Assembly: GCF_006345805.1 (NCBI RefSeq)
Contig: NC_043008.1
Span: 15,500,001 to 15,564,000 of the forward strand
Length of the DNA: 64,000 nt
Source of the DNA: Octopus sinensis
Taxonomy: Eukaryota
Direction: 5' to 3'
This document shows, piece after piece, positions 56,895 through 64,000 of the stretch; the stretch's first letter is position 1; the number at the start of each line of letters is the position of its first letter. The position numbers and the translations under genes were made by a program. Below the pieces are notes generated by a model. It saw only the letters and a list, made by a program, of their open reading frames with translations, searched no databases and was not told the DNA's origin.

Positions 56895-57280
56895 AAAGGA
56901 GGCGTAAGATATTTCAGGACAGATTTATGTTTATAAAAAAAAAAAACAGATATATAAAAATAGATAATAACTTAATTTATAAAAAAATGCTATGCCCATA
57001 AAAATATATCTTCTTTTCTATAATGTTATACAATAAAGCCACCTTCAACTTCAACAAATGCTTTTATATGAGATCTAAATCATCTATATGCTCGAAGCAA
57101 GTGGTCCTGGTTCATTTTCGACTTTACTCTGACTATGGTAGCTTTCAAAGAATCTATGGGCGTGTTCATTGACCTCTCTCTCTCAACAACGCACCACATA
57201 TAATAGTCCAATGGATAGAGATCCGGGGAATTAGGAGGCCAAATGATAGGGGTTAAGTGATCATGAGAAATTTCCTGCAA
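56895..57280 (-). mobile_element. Tc1/mariner (maT-like) transposase C-terminal remnant
   Basis: WPPNSPDLYPLDYYMWCVVE...SLKATI...FRSHIKAFVEVEGGFI. Confidence 0.85.
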
Positions 57281-57284
57281 TAGG

Positions 57285-57713
57285 ACAAGAGCCTGTGATA
57301 ATCTCGCATGCAACGATGGGCTAACATCCATGAACCAATCAAACTCTGAAACGTTTCTTAGGGTTTTTTTCAGCGCTGTCAAGTTTGTCTTTCAAATATT
57401 TTTCATAGCAGCGTTTGGCTACTTTAACAGCAGAATCAAACAGTCGATCGGAGCTTTTGATACCGGCCAAATTCGAGTAAAACAAACGAACAAATTTGGA
57501 GAGATACCCCCGATTCGGGGTGTCTGGGAGAAGGCGTTTCTTTTTAGCATCCAAATGAATTTTCTTTTTCATACTCTCTAATTCAGAATCATACTCCTCT
57601 TTACAATGGTTCAACACGATAGCAAGTGCTCGCTTTTTTCCTACAGAATAATTTCCATACGTCGCTCTCCGAAATACTCTTTTCGCTGCCATGATGTTAG
57701 GAAAAAAGTTCAA
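57285..57713 (-). pseudogene. pogo-like transposase N-terminal remnant
   Basis: ...AKRCYEK...KKRFRV / FDWFMDVSPSLHARL resembles the CENP-B-type HTH region of pogo-like transposases (recognised from memory). Confidence 0.5.
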
Positions 57714-58544
57714 AGAGAAATTAATTGAGTCGTGTTGATGTTGTTAAATCCCTATTCAGAAAAAAAGCATGTTCTGTAAGGATAAACAGTTCGTCATTGA
57801 AGTTCTTAGTTTACGGGGAATTTGTGTTGGTGATTGGTAGAGAAGCCGCAGAGAAATTAAAAATGAAGATTTGTTGACTACAATAAATTCACGGGTATTT
57901 TACAGACTGGGGTAATTGTTCAGCCTCTAGTGTCTTTTATAAACTCTGGCTGGTTGTAAAGCATATTTTCTGACAGCAATTTCCTTATTTTCTATTTGTG
58001 CTGAAGCAGGTGTGTTGTGTCTCGAAATGATTGATATTTATAGGGTTGAAGGTTATCAATGTCTTGAACTGTTGAAGGCTCACCCGCATGAACGTTGGCT
58101 CCATACACTGTGGATGACTATTTTTCTTCCATGCATTATGTAAACAAATAGAACACTCAAGGTTTTCTTCCTATTCCTGTCAACTGCTTCCTCTTTTTTT
58201 GCCATGCTGATTCACAATTTGTGTCAGTCAAAATAATAATGAATTCCCCAGAGTTTGTTGTTTTGTCACGGGAATCAGTTTAATCGAATCTCTCCTTCCC
58301 TTTAGAATGCTGGCCTTGGGCTATGCTGCATAGCACGGACAACGTGCTATGCAGCATGGAGTTGTGGCCCATTACCTTCTGAGTTCAATTCCACTGAGGT
58401 TAATTCCTACGGGGTCGATAGAATAAAGCACTAATCCCTCCCTACAAATTGTTGGCTTTTTGCCACAACGAGAAATTATTATTTAAAAATTTGTAGGCTG
58501 TGACCCTTGAATTTTTTCTAAAACCAAAATCAATTATTTAGCTT

Positions 58545-58642
<98 letters not shown>

Positions 58643-58680
58643 CATACACACATATATATATATATATATACATATATATG

Positions 58681-58884
58681 TTGATTCGTTAGCTACTGCA
58701 CGCATTTTTTTCTCTCCTTCTTTCTGTGTTTTTCTCTCTCTGTGTATCTTTCTGTTGAAGAGCGTAGGCTCGAAACGTTAAAGACTTGTTTTATTTATAT
58801 TTCCTGAGCGCCATACTAATACAATTGTTCGTTTGTTTTCCACCTGCCTTCGTCTTTTGTTTATTTTCATAAAGCTTCCCGTTA
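58681..58884 (+). mobile_element. Short TA-inserted PLE-terminus-like element with hammerhead-like motif (58747-58784)
   Basis: tcttt-CTGTTGA-a-gagc gtag gctc-GAAA-c-GTT-aaaga; flanked by (TA)n; second copy at 39189-39415 (-). Confidence 0.6.
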
Positions 58885-58923
58885 TACACATATATATATA
58901 CATATATACATATATATATATAC

Positions 58924-59012
<89 letters not shown>

Positions 59013-59055
59013 GTATATATATATATATATATATATACATATATATACATACAGA

Positions 59056-59193
<138 letters not shown>

Positions 59194-59363
59194 TATATAT
59201 AGGTGAGAAAGTTGGTGTGTGAAAGCACTTGGTTGAATATATAGAAAATAGTAAAAGGTGAAAAAACTACGGAAGGCTTGTTTTAAAAGGTTAACAAATA
59301 TATATTTGATTCAATATGTCTGAAGAAAGTTATAAATTTTTTTCATACAATGACATAGTTTAG

Positions 59364-59403
59364 AAGAAATGACCGGTTTCGCGTTCAGCTTTTCAAATTT
59401 CTT
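59364..59403 (-). ncRNA. Minimal hammerhead variant (UUGAAAA core) in the PLE 3' UTR
   Basis: aagaaat-TTGAAAA-gc tgaac gc-GAAA-cc-g-GTC-atttctt: 7-bp stem I, palindromic helix III ACCGGT, GUC site. Confidence 0.6.
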
Positions 59404-59481
59404 AAATCGTTATGTTTACGTTGAGCGGATATCTAGATAATAAGTGATTTCTTCCGGTGTAAGGGAGATAATCGCTTAAAA

Positions 59482-59955
59482 TTATTTGCCTTTGTTTTGG
59501 ACTGAGTTTCTCTGTATAAGTATGTTGGAATGGTTAAGTTTGGGCTTGTATTTTTCAATGAAGAATGGTTCCCTGTTTAGTCTAATTTGTGTTGGTGTTC
59601 CGATAACACATTGGTAGAATGGAAAGATTAAAAATGGTGGTAGTAGTTGCTTTGCGCATTTCTCAATGTGCTCACTAAAGGGTACCATTCTGTATTCTGG
59701 GAATGCAAACTGTTGTCGATGTAGTGTGCATCTACGTCTGAGTGATAGTCCCGTGGATCCCACGTAGTCTTGGTGGCAGCCCGAGCAATTTATGACATAA
59801 ATTATGTTTTCAGAGGCACAAGTAAAATTAGATTTGATCTTGAATTTCTGTCCCCCTTTGAAGAGGAATTCTGATCCTTCTAGCAGGTTTGGACATGTTG
59901 CACAGTTCGGTCTACCACATTTTTTTACTTTTGCATCCGTAATTTCAGAAAACAA
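59482..59955 (-). pseudogene. PLE GIY-YIG endonuclease domain
   Basis: IIY...YVG dyad, conserved R and H, preceded by a CxxxxCxxC linker; ends E..FI.KY.P.LN. Confidence 0.88.
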
Positions 59956-60175
59956 TTTTGCCTTTGTGACAATCTTTTAAGTGATTTAGGTTGTTTGTAG
60001 CTCTTAAAGATTTGGTGTATCTTTAGAATTTCCTTTAATTTGGGGTCCTTATGAAGTATTGGTAAATTCTGGGTGATGATGGTGAAGGCTTCTTTGTTTC
60101 TGGGGTTCTTTGTGGATATGTAAGGTAGTATTTTCGGGGAAGGTGTGTTGTTATGTTGAACTTTTCTTAAAGATT

Positions 60176-60560
60176 CTATGTTGATTTTGCACGTCTGATC
60201 CCATCCTCTATGAGTTGAGCTGGGTAATGTTTGTCAATTAGGGTGTTTTTGAGTTCTTGCAGTCTAAAGATCCTGGTATTTTGTTCTGACACTATTGTGC
60301 ATATCCTTCTTGCAAGGTTGAAGGGGATGTTTGTTTTAGTGTGTCTTGGGTGGCATGAATCAAAAAGAAGGTATTGTTTGGCGTCTGTGGCTTTGTAAAA
60401 AATGTCTGTTTCTATTTTAAGGTTAATTTTTTTAATTAGTATATCCAAGAATGGGAGCTCCTTTTTGTTGTATTCCATTGTGAACTGTATATTTGGGTTT
60501 ATGCTGTTCAATAGGTTTTTTAATTTTAGGAGTTTATCTGTGTTTTCATTCCAGAGTATA
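60176..60560 (-). pseudogene. PLE reverse transcriptase palm/thumb fragment
   Basis: ORF 60176..60610, whose N-terminus is only a CA repeat; carries the PFLD and SCHP motifs typical of PLE RTs. Confidence 0.88.
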
Positions 60561-60789
60561 AAACACACACACACACACACATATATATGCGATGGGTAGA
60601 TTGTCGCCATTTTATATTTTTAATTTCGCGCTTGCGAAGTGGAAGAATGAAAATAGACGTGAGATATGCAGGGATATTGTATTCTCATTCGCATAATCAC
60701 CGAACCTTCCCATAGCACTTACTCAGCATTACCTGACACCTTGGGGTCGTATTGAGACCAAAATGTGGATGCTGAGAATCGTGGGCTCA

Positions 60790-60930
60790 CTTAGCGGTTC
60801 GCCAAACGAGGTCGATCAAATGACGTAGCGTTTCGCCACACGAGATCGATAAAATGGCTTAGCGGTACGCCAAACATGATCGATGAAATAACTTAGCATT
60901 TCGCCAAACATTATCGATAAAATGACCTAG
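60790..60930 (+). repeat. 4 x 34-bp degenerate tandem repeat
   Basis: CTTAGCGG-like starts at 60790, 60824, 60858 and 60892. Confidence 0.85.
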
Positions 60931-60955
60931 GTCATTTCAGAACATTTATAAATAA

Positions 60956-61003
60956 GTCTTACAGCTGTTTCCGGGATATTTTATATATTCCTTCATCGGA
61001 GAC
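60956..61003 (-). ncRNA. Type I hammerhead motif (CCGAUGA core), PLE terminus fragment
   Basis: gtct-CCGATGA-aggaatatataaaatatcccg-GAAA-cagct-GTA-agac; palindromic helix III ACAGCTGT. Confidence 0.65.
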
Positions 61004-61292
61004 GGCGTGGGAAAATGTAGAACACACTTGCCGATGATCCTACGCTATGGGACTGAACTTTTCAGCGGACAGGATAATCTATTATATCGACCCCAGTACT
61101 CGACTAGTATTTGTTTTATTAACCCTCAAAGGATGACAGTCAACCTCGAGCAAGATTCAATAAGGAGGGAGGGTTGAAATGAAAGCGGGGCTGAGACTTA
61201 GAAGTTAATGGGTGGTATTGGAAAAATTTTATAAGCGGAGAGGGGGACTGCAACAGAGCTATAAAAGATTATATATATATATATATTATATA

Positions 61293-61620
61293 ACATTATA
61301 TAAAAGGGCTTAGTAACATAAATTACTTTGCCACATACTGAACTCATTAGAAATAGCAGCTAAAAAAAATTTTTTTAAACTATTTCTAATACTTAAAGAA
61401 AATCTCTCTCAGATAGATTTTCTTTAAGTATTAGAAATAGTTAAAAAAAATTTTTTTTAGCTGCTATTTCTAATGAGTTCAGTATGTGGCAAAGTAATTT
61501 ATTTTACTAAGCCCTTTTATATATGTAATATTTTGCATTCGCCTTAAATGGTCCCTTTACATACTGAATACTTGGTGAAATTGATTAATAATTAATTAAT
61601 TTTACCCTCATTTTTGAAAT
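61293..61620 (+). mobile_element. Fold-back (5'-inverted) truncated copy of the array unit, inserted in (TA)n
   Basis: ~113 bp inverted arms (61293-61405 / 61415-61526) followed by a ~95 bp tail; both match the array unit. Confidence 0.85.
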
Positions 61621-61630
61621 ATATATATAT

Positions 61631-61675
<45 letters not shown>

Positions 61676-61855
61676 AAAGGGCTTAGTAAAATAAATTACT
61701 TTGCCGCATACTGAACTCATTAGAAATAGCAGCTAAAAAAACTTTTAAAAACTATTTCTAATACTTAAAGAAAACCTCTCTCATATAGTGTTTGCTCAAT
61801 TCAACTCACGAAAGTATGGGGGTAGAGACATTAAAAAATCAAATGCAAAGGTTAT

Positions 61856-61910
61856 TTGAGAACGTACGTTTCAAGATTAGTCAAACTCGACATTTCTATC
61901 ATCAGCTCAG
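61856..61910 (-). ncRNA. Type I hammerhead ribozyme, array unit 1
   Basis: Minus strand reads tgag-CTGATGA-tagaaatgtcgagtttgactaatctt-GAAA-cgtac-GTT-ctca. Stem I is tgag/ctca, helix III is the palindrome AACGTACGTT, and the cleavage triplet is GUU. Confidence 0.75.
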
Positions 61911-62410
61911 AACTCCCTGGTTTGGATTTGAAAACACTGAAAGTGGGAGCATCCCTTTCGGCTTCTTATCGCTTCTGAAGATCTGCTCGAAACTAACAGT
62001 GCCAACAAACTCAAAAATGCAAGCGAAGATTTCTGCTCTCCCCTTTCCACCAGCGTGGGTTAAAATCAGTAAACACTATGCTTTTTTCGGTAAAATCCGA
62101 GGCATTATATAGAGAGAGATGAATTATAATTTCAACAATTGAGGGTAAAATTAATTAATTAATCAATTTCACCAAGTATTCAGTATGCAAAGGGACCATT
62201 TAAGGCGAATTCAAATATTACATTATATAAAAGGGCTTAGTAAAATAAATTACTTTGCCGCATACTGAACTCATTAGAAGTAGCAGCTAAAAAAACTTTT
62301 TTAAAACTATTTCTAATACTTAAAGAAAACCTCTCTCATATAGTGTTTGCTCAATTCAACTCACGAACGTATGGGGTTAGAGACATTAAAAAATCAAATG
62401 CAAAGGTTAT

Positions 62411-62465
62411 TTGAGAACGTACGTTTCAAGATTAGTCAAACTCGACAATTCTATCATCAGCTCAG
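62411..62465 (-). ncRNA. Type I hammerhead ribozyme, array unit 2
   Basis: tgag-CTGATGA-tagaattgtcgagtttgactaatctt-GAAA-cgtac-GTT-ctca on the minus strand. Confidence 0.75.
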
Positions 62466-62968
62466 AACTCCCTGGTTTGGATTTGAAAACACTGAAAGTG
62501 GGAGCATACCCTTTCGGCTTCTTATCGCTTCTGAAGATCTGCTCGAAACTAACAGTGCCAACAAACTCAAAAATGCAAGCGAAGAATTTCTGCTCTCCCC
62601 TTTCCACCAGCGTGGGTTAAAATCAGTAAACACTATGCTTTTTTCGGTAAAATCCGAGGCATTATATAGAGAGAGATGAATTATAATTTCAACAATTGAG
62701 GGTAAAATTAATTAATTAATCAATTTCACCAAGTATTCAGTATGCAAAGGGACCATTTAAGGCGAATTCAAATTATTACATTATATAAAAGGGCTTAGTA
62801 AAATAAATTACTTTGCCGCATACTGAACTCATTAGAAATAGCAGCTAAAAAAACTTTTTTAAAACAATTTCTAATACTTAAAGAAAACCTCTCTCATATA
62901 GTGTTTGCTCAATTCAACTCACGAACGTATGGGGGTAGAGACATTAAAAAATCAAATGCAAAGGTTAT

Positions 62969-63023
62969 TTGAGAACGTACGTTTCAAGATTAGTCAAACT
63001 CGACAATTCTATCATCAGCTCAG
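62969..63023 (-). ncRNA. Type I hammerhead ribozyme, array unit 3
   Basis: Same motif as unit 2. Confidence 0.75.
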
Positions 63024-63524
63024 AACTCCCTGGTTTGGATTTGAAAACACTGAAAGTGGGAGCATACCCTTTCGGCTTCTTATCGCTTCTGAAGATCTGC
63101 TCGAAACTAACAGTGCCAACAAACTCAAAAATGCAAGCGAAGAATTTCTGCTCTCCCCTTTCCACCAGCGTGGGTTAAAATCAGTAAACACTATGCTTTT
63201 TTCGGTAAAATCCGAGGCATTATATAGAGAGAGATGAATTATAATTTCAACAATTGAGGGTAAAATTATTAATTAATCAATTTCACCAAGTATTCAGTAT
63301 GCAAAGGGACCATTTAAGGCGAATTCAAATTATTACATTATATAAAAGGGCTTAGTAAAATAAATTACTTTGCCGCATACTGAACTCATTAGAAATAGCA
63401 GCTAAAAAAACTTTTTTAAAACAATTTCTAATACTTAAAGAAAACCTCTCTCATATAGTGTTTGCTCAATTCAACTCACGAACGTATGGGGGTAGAGACA
63501 TTAAAAAATCAAATGCAAGGTTAT

Positions 63525-63579
63525 TTGAGAACGTACGTTTCAAGATTAGTCAAACTCGACAATTCTATCATCAGCTCAG
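63525..63579 (-). ncRNA. Type I hammerhead ribozyme, array unit 4
   Basis: Same motif as unit 2. Confidence 0.75.
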
Positions 63580-64000
63580 AACTCTCTGGTTTGGATTTGA
63601 AAACACTGAAAGTGGGAGCATACCCTTTCGGCTTCTTATCGCTTCTGAAGATCTGCTCGTAACTAACGTGCCAACAACTCAAAAATGCAAGCGAAGAATT
63701 TCTGCTCTCCCCTTTCCACCAGCGTGGGTTAAAATCAGTAAACACTATGCTTTTTTCGGTAAAATCCGAGGCATTATATAGAGAGAGATGAATTATAATT
63801 TCAACAATTGAGGGTAAAATTAATTAATTAATCAATTTCACCAAGTATTCAGTATGCAAAGGGACCATTTAAGGCGAATTCAAATTATTACATTATATAA
63901 AAGGTCTTAGTAAAATAAATTACTTTGCCGCATACTGAACTCATTAGAAATAGCAGCTAAAAAAACTTTTTAAAAACTATTTCTAATACTTAAAGAAAAC

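Larger units (their letters stand above)
59200..60560 (-). mobile_element. 5'-truncated, frameshifted Penelope-like element (Neptune-like): RT C-terminus, Cys-rich linker, GIY-YIG endonuclease, 3' UTR
   Basis: RT: FILWNE..LNSINPNIQFTME..LPFLDI..TDIFYKATD..QYL..SCHP. Linker: KCGRPNCATC. Endonuclease: NIIYVINC..YVGST..LRRRCTLH. Bounded by (TA)n and (CA)n. Confidence 0.9.
61671..64000 (-). mobile_element. Tandem array of ~554-558 bp units (4 full + 1 partial, runs off the window), each full unit with a hammerhead ribozyme; retrozyme-like / non-autonomous PLE
   Basis: The marker (G/T)CTTAGTAAAATAAATTAC recurs at 61681, 62235, 62793, 63350 and 63905. Units are nearly identical, the array starts at a (TA)n tract, and no credible ORF is present. 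Confidence 0.85.

Noticed and set aside
59482-60560. Naiad-type (selenoprotein) PLE
   Set aside because: GIY-YIG is C-terminal to the RT and no in-frame TGA at Cys positions was seen
61792-63781. Repeated ~110-aa ORFs in the array
   Set aside because: Non-ATG starts, antisense to the ribozyme strand, frameshifted between near-identical copies, no recognisable domain

Overview
AT-rich, microsatellite-saturated eukaryotic intergenic or intronic DNA. The SINE families and the (TA)n/(TATC)n/(CA)n/(GAT)n density suggest an octopus (inference). No intact host protein-coding gene is supported, and almost all listed ORFs are translations of simple repeats. The window holds three tRNA-derived SINE families (30+ copies) and remnants of CR1-like and R4/Dong-like LINEs. 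It also holds Tc1/mariner, pogo-like and Chapaev3-like DNA transposon fossils, a non-autonomous Helitron, a MITE carrying TTAGGG repeats, and a decayed Penelope-like element (PLE; RT plus C-terminal GIY-YIG). The most notable feature is a near-identical, apparently non-coding ~554-558 bp tandem array (61671 to the window end). Every complete unit carries a type I hammerhead ribozyme on the minus strand, and fold-back derivatives of the same unit sit in (TA)n elsewhere (26.4 kb, 61.3 kb). This is a candidate cephalopod retrozyme or non-autonomous PLE system. Several other short families, most of them next to (TA)n, also carry complete or broken minimal hammerhead motifs. All motifs were read by eye and no searches were run.
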